Positions 45,790-59,300 of a stretch of DNA of 64,000 nt are shown in pieces. The position numbers and the translations under genes were made by a program. Source of the DNA: Amoebophrya sp. A120. Its lineage: Eukaryota; Protista; Dinoflagellata. The first letter of the stretch is position 1, and each line of letters begins with the position of its first letter. The notes under the pieces were generated by a model. The model was not told where the DNA came from. It searched no databases and saw nothing but the letters and a program-made list of their open reading frames with translations. The stretch is from contig CAJINV010000006.1 of the NCBI GenBank assembly GCA_905178155.1, positions 2,107,600-2,171,599 of the forward strand, written 5' to 3'.

Positions 45790-48700
45790 ATGTCCTCCTC
45801 CACCTCTACTTCTACCAACCGCCGCGGCAAGAAGCGAATGCAAGAACCTCAGATGATGAAACCACAACCCCGCCAGCAAAACCAGAATCCCCCCCTTCCC
45901 ACCCCGTACTACGCCCCGAGCGAACCGACGGACCCGCAAGATACCCAGTCTCTTCTGGACATCCTGGCCAAGTCCGTGAACATAGAAAACCGCGCCGATA
46001 TCAAGTGCAAAAGTGTCTGGGTCTGGAAGAATGTGACTTGTCATGCTACATCTGGATCGTGGAAAAATTTGTGTTGCGCGACAGATTTACCAAAATACTA
46101 GGTCCACTTTTGAATAAGTTCTTTAGGGGCAGTTTCTCATGCAGGTAAGGCATGATAGAGATCTGACAGTACCTGTCATGGTGCTAGGCCGTGCATGCCT
46201 AACCGCGTGGGTCATGGAAAACCTGCATGACATTCTTTCAGATGACCCAGACACTTTTACATTTGATAGCCGAGCAGGAAATACAACACCACCGGAACAT
46301 GATCTCAAGCAGTAGATCTGCCAGTCGCAGCCCGGTCAGCGTCGTGCCGCATCAACCCTGCTTCACGACGTCAATGCAAAGCCAGGCGGACGAGGACGGG
46401 AGTAGTGCTAGTGGTGGCGCAGCTGCAGCACTAGCAACCAGATCGGCAGCACATCAGCAGGTCAAGAGCAGCCAAGAGCTCCAGCAAGTGAATCACTACG
46501 GCCAGGTTGTACATGTGCGGGGAACATCAAGCAGGAAAAGTCCGCGTCGCGGCGGCGGGGGAAATAAAAACAAGAAAAGCAATACTAGCAACTTCAATTC
46601 AAAACCAAACAGCACGACGCAGGGGCAGGAGCTTGTTCAGAACGCAAATTTATTTCCCTCTTCTAGTTGGGGCAGCCGCAGCGGCAGTGCCGTCACAAAC
46701 TCCGGTAGTAGCAGGGTGTATTCATCGCAGATGAACACTTTGGATCCGACAGTCCAGGGTGGACGGCCCAGAACCGTGCACCAGCGCCCTCCTTTCGTGT
46801 TAGGACAGAAAGGTCGACCAGTTGGCGCTGGGGTAGCTAAGAATACCATCGGCGTCAATAGCAGTTTGAGTGGGAAGATTGGTGGGGATGACGATGAGGA
46901 AAATGAAAAGGAACTATACGAAGACGCGGACTTTTCCCCGCCACCAGCAATGCCAGACTTCGTGGCGGATGTTGAAGGTGCAAAAATGAAAAACGACACT
47001 GTGTTCTTCCCCAGTCCGCACAACGACGACGAAAACGAAATCAACCACGCCAACGAACCAAATTTCACCACCGAGCGCCGCGACTCCTGCCGCCGCAGCT
47101 TGAAGTTTTTTGCAGGGACGAAAGAGATTTTGAACCCCAATTCCGAAGACCGGAACTCGTCAGTGAATGAGGATTTCGTAGGAAATGCAACAGTATGTCT
47201 GGGTCTGGAAAGATGCAGCAGCTTGTCATGCGGAGTTGTAGAAGTCGCGATCACTACTTACAAACAAGAACTTTGCTGTATGAACCCCAAAAGTAGCTCC
47301 TACACGACACTTGTTACTTCGCAAAAGGCTGGCTTCTTATGGGGGGTAGACATGATCAAAAAGGAAAAGGTCATCTTCTCGCAGAATAAACATCTGTGAT
47401 GCTTTTGCTTTTGCGTGCGTAGCATTCCAGACCATATGATCATGGCAGTGGTCCGCGATGAACTGCATTACAAATCCTCCACGCTTCGTCTTCCAGACTC
47501 AGACATGCCTATTCGCAGTTGATATTTCACACCACTGAACAATTTGGACGGGATCGGAGAGGGGATGTTTGATACCACGGCGGACCGCTTTGCAGCTGAC
47601 GTGAAACCCACAGGTCAACATGCGGAAGAAGATGAAGTTCCGAACAACATTGTCTACCACTACGCTGGCCAGCAGCGCCACGCAAACACCTCTAGAACCT
47701 CCCGAGCATCCCGGGTTTCCGGTCGCTCCAGTGGTCAACTACACCAAACGGTCAGTAGAACACCGGATAGTAGCAGGGGCCAGCAGCAGGACGTGTTTGA
47801 TAACCAGATTGGATCTGACCAACCGACGATGCAAGATGACCTGAATAGCAACTACAACCCGAACGCAAGCAGAGACTATTCCTTCGATAGTCCGGAGGTT
47901 GATGTAGATGAGGATGCAGTTTATTGTGCAGCTGGTGCAGCTCCTGGAGGTGGGCAAGAGCATGTTGATGTTGATGTCGATCTATGAAGTGCAAAAGTAT
48001 CGTACAACTCGTATAAAAAATGCATGACAAATTCCCTCAGCATCAGAAATAAAGTTTGTAATGCGGATTTACCTTGAGAAAAAAATTTGTAATGCATGAC
48101 TGCAATTACTACGAGTACGAGTACGATACTTTTGCACAGGACACGATCCGCACGGCTACAATTCTATCAACGAGGACGACGATAACGAAATCGACATGAA
48201 AAACCAGTCCTTCGGCTCGGACGTGGAGCACCACGTTATCTCCACGCCGTATTACACGCGGAGCAATTTTGACGAAAATTCCGTCATGTTGGAATCCGTC
48301 AACAACTTCAAGTCCGAACAAGTTGTCGCCCGGTCGAAGGGAGCTGCAACGGATGGCAGCGTATGAATTGCAAAAAGATCGTAGTAGTACGTAAAAAAAA
48401 AGTCGCATTACAAATTTGCTCAGCATGACAATTGGAATTTGTGATGCTGATTTACCTTGAGGAAGAGACTTGTCATGCCTAATTGCGATAATTACAACTA
48501 CGAGTCCGATATTACTTTTGCACAGCATACAACGTAGGCTCGAACAAGACTTCGTCAATCCCGTATTACAATGAAAAATGCCCCCACCCCCGAACTTGAA
48601 AGCATTTGTATTGCAAATCTTTCCAAATGAAACATTCGCCCTCTTGCGTGTATCAGCATCACAGATTTCCGATCGTGAATAGCAAAAATTTGTATTGCAA

Positions 48701-51700
48701 AAGATCCCAGCAAGAGCGGTGCTTGTCATGCAAGCGATGCGAAACACGACTAGAATCTGCATCAGAAAGATTCTTACTCCTTTCATGCATGACAAAAAGC
48801 TTTCATTTGGAAACTTCGCATCACAAATTTGTTGCAATTTCAGGGGTGGGGGGCATTTTTCACTGTGATACCCCGCATCTGGTGGAAAACGATGCTAAGC
48901 AGTATGGATTGCAAAAGTATCGCACTCGTATAAATGCATTACAAATTATTTCCTCAGCATGAAAAATAAAATTTGTAATGCTGATTTACCTTAAGAAAAA
49001 GATTTGTAATGCAAGACTTGCATTTATACGAGACGAGTACGATACTTTTGCACAGGATAAGCAGTGCAGCTCCACAACAAGGGAGACAGCACCGCTGTCC
49101 GGGTCTTTACGCGATGTCGTGATTGGTGGAGTGACGAACAGCGGTGGACCTGCGTTATTTAGGGGAGCTCCGGGAGGCTTGAGGTTGGGACTGCCGCCCC
49201 TGTTGAGTGGTAGAATTGTAAAAATTCTGCTTGTGCTTCTTCCCGTGAGTCAGTTGTTCTATTATTCGTGAAGAGTTCTAAAAAATTCACAAAAACGACC
49301 TCCTTGTGCGCGACGTGTCACGCATCATAGATTTATTTTCAAACGTTCACAAAACAGAAAAAGCAATGCTGAATGCTTCCTCCAACACGTCGGCCTCTCG
49401 GCCGGGAAGTCCGGGAAAACAGTTGATGCTTTCCGCGAGGGAGTATAACACGCCGAAGATTCTGTCCCCGTCGCTCAACCATCTCCAACTCCGGCCCAAT
49501 TTCATTCCGCCCAGCAGTTGCTCCAAGAAAAGTGAAACAGTCTCCCCTACTTTGGCCGGCATGACATCTTCAAATGCTGGAGGTGTTGCTGTTGACGCGC
49601 AACATAGTAGTCAACATCAACAGCAGTACTACTACGAGGCTGCTGATGTTCCCCCGCCGCACCAACATTCCCAGTACACTACCCCTGCGTTGCAAATTCC
49701 TATTCCTGGAAGTGGATGTGACACAACTACCTCTCCCACGCTTACAGGACCGGCGCCAGCAGCCGCTCACCCCGACCCGACGGTTGTGGCAACCAACCAA
49801 CCCCACCTGCTGGTAGAGCAAGCAGCCAGTTTAGCCCACACGCTGTCATCTTCCCAGATGGAGCACCAAACGCAGTCTGTGAACGACACTTCTTTCAGCT
49901 CTTCCATCACGAGACTGAAGGTAATTTCCGAGTTGCAAGAGACGAAGAAACGGTGCGAGGATTTGGAGCACACCCTCTACACAGCAAGAAGTCAATGCGA
50001 AGATCTCGTCTTGGAAAACGAGCGACTGAGGGAGCAGGTTTCGCAGCAGAGCTACAGCTATCAGATCAGAGGAGAGCAGGAAAATAACGAAAACAGACAT
50101 GACGGCACGTGCTACTCCAGCCCTGTGGTGAGTCAGGACGGGGTAATTCTTCGGGAAACAAACGGTAGTACCAGTAGAGAACGACAATACCCTGCTGGGT
50201 CGATTTCCAACTCATCTTGCAGTCCGGATGCCGGTCCTGCTGGAGATCAACAGCATCATGAACATCAATACTACACCAAAGTGGGCGACCTGAACCCGCA
50301 TCATCAGGAGTTCTTCACGACACAAATACAGTCCGCAGGAGCCGGTGCTGTGAGTCAACATCGCACGATAGTACCTAGCAACAGACCATCTTTCTACAAC
50401 AGTGTGCGGATTCAACATCACCATCAGAACAGCCTTCCGGTGTCGAAAATGATGAACCCGTCCTGTCACGAAGAAACCTACCACCAGATGCGGCTCCAAG
50501 GGTACTACTGGACGCTGCTCTTCCGGATATCAAACGCAAATATGTCTGGGTCTGGAAAGTTGGAACTTGTGATGCTAGCTTTGGACTCGAAAAAAATCTG
50601 TATTGCATGACCAGCAAGAGGAGTGCAGTTTGTGCTACGCGTGGAAGGCATTTGTCATGCGGAATAGGCATCAAGAAAAAACTGAGAAAACCAGTGATGG
50701 TAGGGAATACATCACAGACGTCACGGGTCATGTAAAATCTGCATGACAACCTTCCAGACGCAGACCCAGACATATTTGCATTTCATACCGGAAAATCGCG
50801 GACAAAACCCTGGACCGAACGGAAGAAATTCTACTGAAAAACTGGAAGTTACTCCAGGACGAGGCGGAAAACTTCCCGTCGGATACGGAGATCCAGGTGT
50901 TGAGTTTTTTGGAATTAGACGACAATTCGAAGGATTCTTTCAAACGGAATTTCACGAAATTCTACATCCGCTTCATGCTGCGGAGCGGGTTTGCGGTGGG
51001 GAAGAAGGTGAAGGTATCAACTGTAAAAATGTCTGGGTCTGGAAGAATGCAAGGTTGTCATGCTTGTCTGGCATGACTTGAGAATCTGTGTTGCATAGGC
51101 ACGAAAAGGCCCTCTTACCTGTCACGCAAAAACGCAGTTTGCCATGCGGAATACGTAAGACATGGGAGCCAGAAAATTTGTCATGCATAGCTGCGTATTG
51201 CAGTCCGTCTACCATTCACTTTTAGCATCACAAGTTTCCAGACCCAGACATTTTTGCATTTGATGGAAGGTTTTGAAGGGCGAAATCGGCGAGAGGGGAA
51301 GGGTTTTGAAAGAACAGATATTAACCCTGCAAATGGACAGAAACGAAGCAAAGAAATTGTTGAAAAAGGCGGTGAGCAATTGTTCATCTTCGAGTAGTTC
51401 CACGATGTTGAGCGCGTTCTTTCCCTTTACAACAACTTCCGAAACTACTGCGTCAAAGTCGTATAACCCGCTCAGGTGTTACAATCTCAAACGTTACAAT
51501 ACAATCTGAGACTTGTCTTGCATGATGAGCATGATCTAGCCAACTCTCATAGGGTTGCGCATGACAAGTTCCGGAGCTCCAAACCCCCCTACAATCTGGG
51601 GAAATTTGTATTGCAAATGGTGGAACGCTGTGCGAGTTTGTCATGCCGATCATGCAACACAAATTCCAGATTCTATTGTAACGTTTGAGATTGTAACGTT

Positions 51701-52445
51701 TGAGCAAGTCATGATAAGTCGTCTACCGCTGGGACTGGTGGGTGGACGTCGACTACAGTACTAGCTTCTTCGAAGTCATCCAGTCTGGTGACCGCCCTGA
51801 ACGACGTAGCCGGAGCTCCACCCGGGGTCGATCTCGTTTCTGATGATCATCGTGCAGTTTGTGATGCGGAACCGGAACGGGGCGAGGCGGAGAGGACGCT
51901 CGTCAAGCAGGAAGAAGACCGGAGGTTGATGGGGACGGATCATTCTCATTCATCCGGGGTGATGTTGTCATCTTCTGATCAAAAAGCCACTGTCATCTGC
52001 TCAACAGCAACTTCTCCGACCAGCACAGGACAAGAACTGATGAAAGTCGCGATGTTAAAAGCCAAATTCGGAAGCCGGAGCGGACTCGCGGAGTTTCTCG
52101 TGAAAAAGCCACTGAAAATCACGTTCGTCGAAGCGCCGAAGTTTGCGATCAACTGCGTTTTGTTTTTATGCAAGAAAAAAACTGTGTAAGTGTAAGTCTG
52201 TGATGCAGCAAATGCAAAACAGTTACACTTGTCATGCTGGAGATGCATCAGAGGCTCTTTCCGTATGTGTTTTCACATACTAGCCGCGCACGACCACAGG
52301 CTCTCTCTGTCATGCAGAGCAAACTTGTGATGCTGTTCCTCCAAGAAACTTACACTAACACAGTTTTTTCCTTGGATAGATTTTCCCAAGGTTTTACTGG
52401 CGGTGCGGGAATGAGGTGGTGGCGTGGGTGGTGGGAAGCGGTTGA
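45790..52445 (+). CDS. Multi-exon gene; large low-complexity coiled-coil protein of unknown function
   Basis: ATG 45790; long exon ORFs 46269-47178 and ~49340-50527; coiled coil RLKVISELQETKKRCEDLEHTLYTARSQCEDLVLENERLREQ; 10 introners. Last exon FPRFYWRCGNEVVAWVVGSG* after removing 52167-52378 plus one DR. Confidence 0.65.
45999..46268. mobile_element. Introner family A
   Basis: Family A TIRs; DR GCCGA/GCCGA. Confidence 0.9.
47179..47524. mobile_element. Introner family A (degenerate, enlarged)
   Basis: TAGGAAATGCAACAGTATGTCTGGGTCTGG...GCAGTTGATA; DR TTTCG/TTTCA. Confidence 0.75.
47983..48143. mobile_element. Introner family B
   Basis: Family B TIRs (ends ACA); DR CGATC/CGATC. Confidence 0.85.
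48362..48529. mobile_element. Introner family B
   Basis: Family B TIRs; DR CAGCG/CAACG. Confidence 0.85.
48564..48870. mobile_element. Introner family H
   Basis: TATTACAATGAAAAATGCCCCCACCCC...GGGGTGGGGGGCATTTTTCACTGTGATA; DR TCCCG/CCCCG. Confidence 0.85.
48903..49059. mobile_element. Introner family B
   Basis: Family B TIRs; DR AGCAG/AGCAG. Confidence 0.9.
50528..50787. mobile_element. Introner family A
   Basis: Family A TIRs; DR CCGGA/CCGGA. Confidence 0.9.
51015..51265. mobile_element. Introner family A
   Basis: Family A TIRs (ends ATG); DR GAAGG/GAAGG. Confidence 0.85.
51462..51716. mobile_element. Introner family J
   Basis: TATAACCCGCTCAGGTGTTACAATCTCAAACGTTACAAT...ATTGTAACGTTTGAGATTGTAACGTTTGAGCAAGTCATGATA; DR AGTCG/AGTCG. 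Confidence 0.85.
52167..52378. mobile_element. Introner family L
   Basis: TATGCAAGAAAAAAACTGTG...CACAGTTTTTTCCTTGGATA; DR GTTTT/GATTT. Confidence 0.8.
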
Positions 52446-53168
52446 AGAGGATGGTTTTTTCGGAGAACCGATAGACAAGCCGCATCTAGCGGATGTTTGT
52501 CGTTGTTCCCCGGGTTCTGAAACAACGATGGTAAGTCACTGGTATCGAATTCAAAACTAGACGACAAGGACAATGTCCTCTAGTCCATTACAATATGCAG
52601 CTGACAAAACAACTTTTTACGAGTATTGTTTTAATTTTCTTCCTTCCAGCGCCGGTTTCTACTTACTTTTAATCGTCCCGACACCTTTTTTCAAGAGCAA
52701 TCAATTTCAATGCCATTGCCTATTACAACATACAAGAAGATAGACAATACAACAAGAGCAAGACGTTAGCCTATTACAACACCCAGCCTCAATTCAATTT
52801 TCCAATAAAAAATTAGTAGAGTAAGAGCTGATACAGATGCAACAACTATGTAGCCTGAATTTAGGATTAGGATTTGAATTTATTTGTTTCAACACGAATG
52901 TACGAGAATCAATGGAGGGCTGTGTCTTTTGAAATTTATTGATCAAGAGGCATGCGCAGGAGATTGCAACCACATTATTACCTCGATAGTGATTAGTCTA
53001 TGCTGTTCCACCGCCGGTTTAGACGCGAGCCGCGACCGCAGTTTCGCTTCACAAACAAGGTGTGAACTCTTCAAAATGAGGATGAGCATTGAGCATGAGG
53101 TCGAGTTTAAATGTATGATACAACGTCGATAAAAAAACTACAACGACGGCACGCACATGCACATAGAC

Positions 53169-54185
53169 ACACATTCAGGAGAATACCAATACATAGAACG
53201 GACCCAGCCATTTTCCTATATTGGACGAATCAGAATTGGAGCTTCTCCTCCAGATGTTCCCGTTCTCGAAAAATGCTGTTCTTATCCCTCCTTTCCGTGC
53301 ATAGATAAGAACACCATTTTCAGGTCGTTACAAACGTGTTCTTATCTATGCACGGCGTGGAGGATAAGAACAGCATTTTTCGAGAACGGGAACATTTGGC
53401 GCAGAAGCTCCAATTCTGCTTCGTGCCAAACACCAGCTTCAGGTCGTTACAAGCATGTTCTTATCTATGCACGGCGTGGAGGATAAGAGCAGCAGTTTTC
53501 GCGAGCGGGGACATTCGGCGCAGAAGCTCCAACTCTGCTGCATGCCAAAACATCAATTCCAGGTCGTTGCAGTAGGTGTTCTTATCTATCTTCCCGAAAT
53601 GTTTGAACGAGTAACCGGCGGGGGGCTTTCAGGGTCTTCCGCCAGTGCGTCCACCATCACCGCGGAAGCGGTGCCAGCGGTGAGTGATTGGGGCGGTGGG
53701 TGAGAGATCGAGGCGCGTTTGAAGAGTTCCGAGAGGTCTCGAGGGGCCTGCGTACCAAGCCCGCACGAGCCGGCTTGCGGCCTTTTTTGGATCGCGAGTA
53801 CGTAGGGCCCGGGGCCGCGAAAAAGATGCCCGCCTGCGCCTGTTGGGCGTGCTGTGAGTGCCCGTGGGTCGCGTCGATCTGCGCAGTGGGGGGGGGGGCC
53901 ACTTTAGTCTATGTCTAGGCTCGTCGGGGTCTTGGCGTGCCTGTTGGTTCCTCTAGAAAGACGCCTGGGCCGCGTGAAAAAACCCGCCAGGGAAGGCAGC
54001 AGCACTCCTACGCAGATGCGACCATAAAAACTGCAGCGCCTGCGTTGGCGCAAAAAAAAAGGCAAATCCCGATGGTATGCTGCGAATTTCTTTAGGGATA
54101 AGAACAATGTTGAAGATCACCTATTTCGTCTCTATAACACATTCAGGAGAATGCCAATACATAGAACGGACCCAGCCATTTTCCT
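53169..54185. repeat. Composite repeat: ~120-bp tandem units plus an inverted unit (53218-53590), all bracketed by 49-bp direct repeats
   Basis: ACACATTCAGGAGAATRCCAATACATAGAACGGACCCAGCCATTTTCCT at 53169-53217 and 54137-54185. Unit TTCAGGTCGTTACAA...GTTCTTATCTATGCACGGCGTGGAGGATAAGA occurs ~2.3 times, with its reverse complement at ~53230-53315. Confidence 0.8.
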
Positions 54186-55210
54186 GAAAGAAAGCAACTT
54201 TTATTTAAGCGAACAATTTTCCATCCTGATATTGTTGAGGTAAAAAAAAACAGATTGAAAAAAAAAGAGGGACAATTTTGAATATATTCTTTCTTTCTTT
54301 CTTTCTCTCGTGCCTGGGCATGGCGTCAAAGGTTCGAAGGCCTACAAAAGCATCGCAATCCAATTGAATATATTCTGAGGCTGTGATCGATCGACAGGAA
54401 TCTTATGATCCATATTTCAAGAATCCATCCTGCATCGTCAGATATCGAATAATCATACCATCGGAAATTTTTCAAATTCTTTCTGATTCATGTCTTCAAA
54501 AAATTCATGCATGGATGGTATAATATGGTTAAAGTTAAATCATTGGAAAATGAAATTCGGAATGAATTCTTATCAGGATCTGTGGTTCGTTATGTTTCTG
54601 TAAAAGTCGGAATCTTCATGATTTGCAAAATTTTTGAAAAATTTGTGGTCAAAATTTCCAACCAATCAGATCGATCACCGATATAGATCATCGAAAACAA
54701 GGACAATAATGATCAATAATCTTTTTCCATCGAGAAATATGATATGATCAATAATCTTTTTCCCATCTGGATTCTGGAAAATCCAAGATCATTATATTTA
54801 GATGATTCGATGAAAAATTCCGAAGAGATTGATGTCGATGAAAAATTATGAAAAAAATATGTATCGATACATATGGAAAATATTGTCCTACATATATCCA
54901 ATCGATCTATCGATGATTTCGATTTTTATTTGATGGAATGGATTATTTGGGGAATCTGGGGAAATTCTATTGAGATTCTCAAATTGATTTTCATATTCGA
55001 TCTTCAATATCTTACCCTAGATATTCAATATCTTTCTAATTATCTCTCTCATCATGAAAAATTTTATATGGAAATTGATATTCCATCATGTATCAATGCA
55101 GATCATAGATTCCAATATCGAAAATCTGAGATTACATCCCTTCAATTCTGTTGCTGAAAAGAAAAAAAAAAAAAATCAAACATATTCAATTCTATTCTTG
55201 ATCTTCATCG

Positions 55211-55370
55211 GATGATTTGACTGAGGTAATTTTGGAAATCCATATTCCGAATCAATGTGATGATAATATTTTCCGATATATTGAGAATTGAAGATGATTT
55301 GACTGAGGTAATTTTGGAAATCCATATTCCGAATCAATGTGATGATAATATTTTCCGATATATTGAGAAT
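55211..55370 (+). repeat. 82-bp tandem duplication in AT-rich spacer
   Basis: GATGATTTGACTGAGGTAATTTTGGAAATCCATATTCCGAATCAATGTGATGATAATATTTTCCGATATATTGAGAAT twice. Confidence 0.9.
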
Positions 55371-56392
55371 CCGATTTATCTTATCCATGACCATGTCTGC
55401 TATACCGATGAAAGCGAAGAGATTCCAAAATACGAAATTCTACAACGACATCGAACAAATCCCGAGGAACGCTATGTTGAGAGTGAGTGCTTTTCGTTTT
55501 CAAATAAATGTTTGCATTCCACAGAAGGACACTGAGAAAATATTCAAGACAACATGAGAAGTCTTTTCATTTTCCGCGAGCCCCAAATTTGCCGGCCTAC
55601 GGTTTCTCATCGTGTTTGGCTTTCAAATCTCGAAAATCTTGCTCAAACGTTTTCGGATCTCGTTATGATTTCATCGATAGCTGAGGTTGCAGCAATGTCA
55701 ATCCCAAGAATCAGAAATAAAAAAGATGGGTGTGATTCTGTTTGAGATGAATGAATCCATGTTGCATACATACATACACGACGCATTTTGCCCTGTGTCG
55801 GGGGTGCGTGCCGCTCGATTTTTGATCGTGACACCGGGAAAGCGATCCACCCAAACGATTTGTACGGAGGAGCAAGAGTGTGAAGCTACCCTCTGTGTTC
55901 GCGATCTGGCTAGACCGGCGAACAGCGCAAGAGGTGAACATCGGAGCCGGGAGGAGATTCATCCATGTTGCATGAATCTCTTGAATTCCGAGGTCTGTAC
56001 TATTTCCTCCTGTTCCCGGTCAGAAACAGTATTTTTTTATGTGTTTTCGTTTTGTATTTTCTTTTCACCATAAGATAGTCTGATGTGGAATATCGGTAAG
56101 AAAATGTAGTTGGAGTTGGTGTGAATGGTTCCAGGTGCATGTTCATGTTGTTCTTTCGATCTTGGTCTTTGCTTTTGCATGCCAATAACAATAAGTCTGC
56201 GTAGCCTATTCCAACTACACTGCAAGCAGTGGAGGTGGCCCCATCGCATCCATTCGCTATCGCTTAAAGGAAAAAATTGAAATATACGTTTGCACCATAT
56301 TTCGAGCACTTCAAAATTGTTGCGTTCGTTGTAGCAGTTGTTCCTTCGTTTCTCTTTCTTCCTCCCTTCGTGTATTTTTACCGTCGGCGTGA

Positions 56393-59300
56393 TCAATCAA
56401 TGTCGGACAACAAATGCTCATGATCAATGCGCCCGCTGCTCCCGCCGGGCGGTTGCAGCTGCGGCATTCCCACGGCCGCAAAGATTTTGCTTTGCTGCGC
56501 CTCTATCTCGGCCTCGGTAGCTGCGGCCTCGTCTGCGTTCCCGCTTTTTTCGCGCAGCAGAACGTCCAAAAGCAGTGGCACTTGCTTCGACCTCCTGGTC
56601 GCCTCGTACGGAGAGAGGTGTGGTTCTTCAGATGTTTGATACTGATCTATTCTCCCAGTCCCACCTGAAGGCGGCCCAGCACTTGTCGATGGCAAAAATG
56701 TTGGTGCCGGGTGCATAGGCGGCGGCGTTGGTGGTTGGGTGAGAGTAGATTTTTTGTTGTTAGTGCTACTAGAACTTGTACCCCAATGTGCATGTGGGCT
56801 TTGATGTTGACTCACAGTCGTAGGACTCCCCGCGGTGGCTCCTGCGAGAGCGAAGTCAGGGCTCGGAGTTGTACGTGCTGGCGTGGTATCAAATGTAAAA
56901 GTGTCTGGGTCGGGAAGAATGCATGTTTGTCATGCTTGTCTGGCATAACTCTTAAATCTGTCATGCACATTACCAAAGAGCCCCAAATTTCTGTCATGCA
57001 GAAACAGTTTGTCATGCAGAAAAGGCAAGACCTAGAAGCTCAGAAACTTGCCATGCTGCGCTAGCAGTTGTGCCCTCCTCATGATACGCCACCTAGCATC
57101 ACAAGTTTCCAGACCCAGACATATTTGCAATGCATACGTAGTCGATCCCCCGCTTGATGGTGATGGACCGCCCACAGCGTGTTGGCATGAGGCAGAAGAT
57201 TTCGTGCCGTGCACACCACCTTCTTGGTGGACCATTTGCATGCTATCCGTTGGGTCAACTACGCCCCGCAGCGGCACCGGCGCTATCAGGTGCTGATGCT
57301 GTAAACCAGGGACTAGCGGTTCAACAGCAATCCCGCTAGTAGACAAGTCCATCGGCTGATTCGGTGGCGAATTCGAATTGGTCGTGTACACGCCTCCAGC
57401 TCCAGATGACATTGCAGGTGGGAGGCGAACCACCGGCACATGCATGTAGGACGACGACCCGCCCGCGTGATGCTGCATTCCCATTCGGTTATCAAATTCG
57501 ATTTGCCCCGGACTTCCCGGCCGGCTTGGTAGCTGCTCTACTTGAAACGGAGGAATCACAGCGCCCCCGCTGGTCGGCCCGATCCCGACATTTACCTGCT
57601 GTTGAAGATTATGATTGTGCTGCGGATGTTGCACGCAGGGATAAGTAGGGTAAGGCTGTCCAGCGATGAAAGGACCCTGATACGTAGGCGCGGTTAGCAA
57701 ATCCGGCGTCCCTGTACGGCTCGGAGCCTGCTGCTGAAATTGTTGTTGATCTATATTGGGCGGAGCTCCCGGAGGCAGGTAAAATGCGACTGGCGCAGCT
57801 GTACATGTACTAGGTCCCATAGGTGGAGAAAATTGTGATGTGAATTGGTTGAAATAAGCTGCAGCAGGAGCATATCACAAGAAAAAAGCGTTACAGTTAC
57901 ACATTTGTAGTCACTTCAGCAACACAAATTTCTCTGCATGAGAGAGAAAACTTGTAATGCAGAAATCCTACGGGAAAACACCTATGAAACGAGGCTCCTA
58001 TGCGTATCCGGCATGACAGAGCTTGTCTGTCTTGCTTGGCCTGCAACACAATGTGTAACTGTAACACTTTTTTCTTGCGATACAGCAGGGTCACCAACAA
58101 CTACACTATTGCCCACAGATAAAAATTCAGAAGTTCGGTCTCCTGGCAGGTTGAAACTGGCACTGTTTCGCCTCAGCAATCCGCTCCCACGACCAGATAG
58201 TACCGATGTGGCGGTAGTAGATCCAGTGCCATCTTTCCCTTTCGTAGTCACCTCGCGGGGAGACAAAGACAAAGCGCCACGATCTCGGGTTCTTGTGCTA
58301 CTAGCGGGCTTTTTTTCGTTTGCAGCCTCTGCTTTTCCTTTTTCCACATCAATCGCAGAACCGGCGTGGTGAAGTTGGTTGCGGTCCCGTCTCTTCGTTT
58401 CAATTTTCGACGGTCGTTGGTCTGCCCGCCACAGACTGCCGGTGGTGGTGCCGAGTTGCAAAGGCGGGCGTGCCGCAGCAGCTGTACTAGTACTACCTGC
58501 ATCTGCCCCACTTGCCTCCACTGTAGCTCCAGCTGCTGCCTCTGGGGTTTCTGCACTGCTAGCTCCGCCCGCGCTTGTTCCACTGGCGGCCTCTCCCGAA
58601 GAGGCAACCTTTCTTCGTCCACGTTTGCTTCGAGCACCGTACAAAGGCACAGCAGGTCCAGCGCCAGCCCGGGTCGGCAGAGTAGGACGCTGCGTCTTCA
58701 TCTCGTCCTCTGCCGGCGCGACAGCTGTCGGTGCAGCTTTCCCGTTGCTGGCAGGTTTTTTGACAGCGCCAGTAGCAGAAGTACTAGCGTTTGCGAGCGA
58801 AGCTTCCGCATTTTCGGTTGCAGAAGCAGAGGCTTGGGTTTGTTGTTCATTCTCAGGACCGGCTGGACGAGCAGCTGCAGATGAAGCGTTCTTCATCTGC
58901 TTCTTCCACGTCTCCATCTTGTATTTCTGGAACATTGCCAGCCGCGCTTCGTGCGCCCGCACTGTCATGGCGTTCTGCGCTTGCGCCGCCCTGCATTCTG
59001 CCTGTTCCAACATGGTTCGCAAAACGGTTCGTGTCTTATGCAATTCGTCATTTTGGGTTCGCAAAGCGGTTCTGGTTTTTTGTAACTCGTCATTTTTCGC
59101 TTGCAACTCTTGAATCCAAGCGAACGCCTCCGTCAGTTGCTGATCTTTGGCTTCCAGCTGTCGCTGCAGTCGTTCGACTTCCAAGTTTTTACTCTGCAAC
59201 AACGTAGACACTGCAGAAATATGCATTTTGCAAATATCTGCTTCGAAGATGATCTGGACTGTCGTGGAAGAATGACTTGTTCGAGAAGATCGTCGTTTCT

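Noticed and set aside
53218-53590. Possible CRISPR array
   Set aside because: Units are ~120-bp whole-unit repeats without unique spacers, there are no cas genes, and the context is eukaryotic.
54713-55557. Short Ile/Asp-rich ORFs in the AT-rich spacer
   Set aside because: Under 100 aa, interrupted by stops and a tandem duplication, with no recognisable family.
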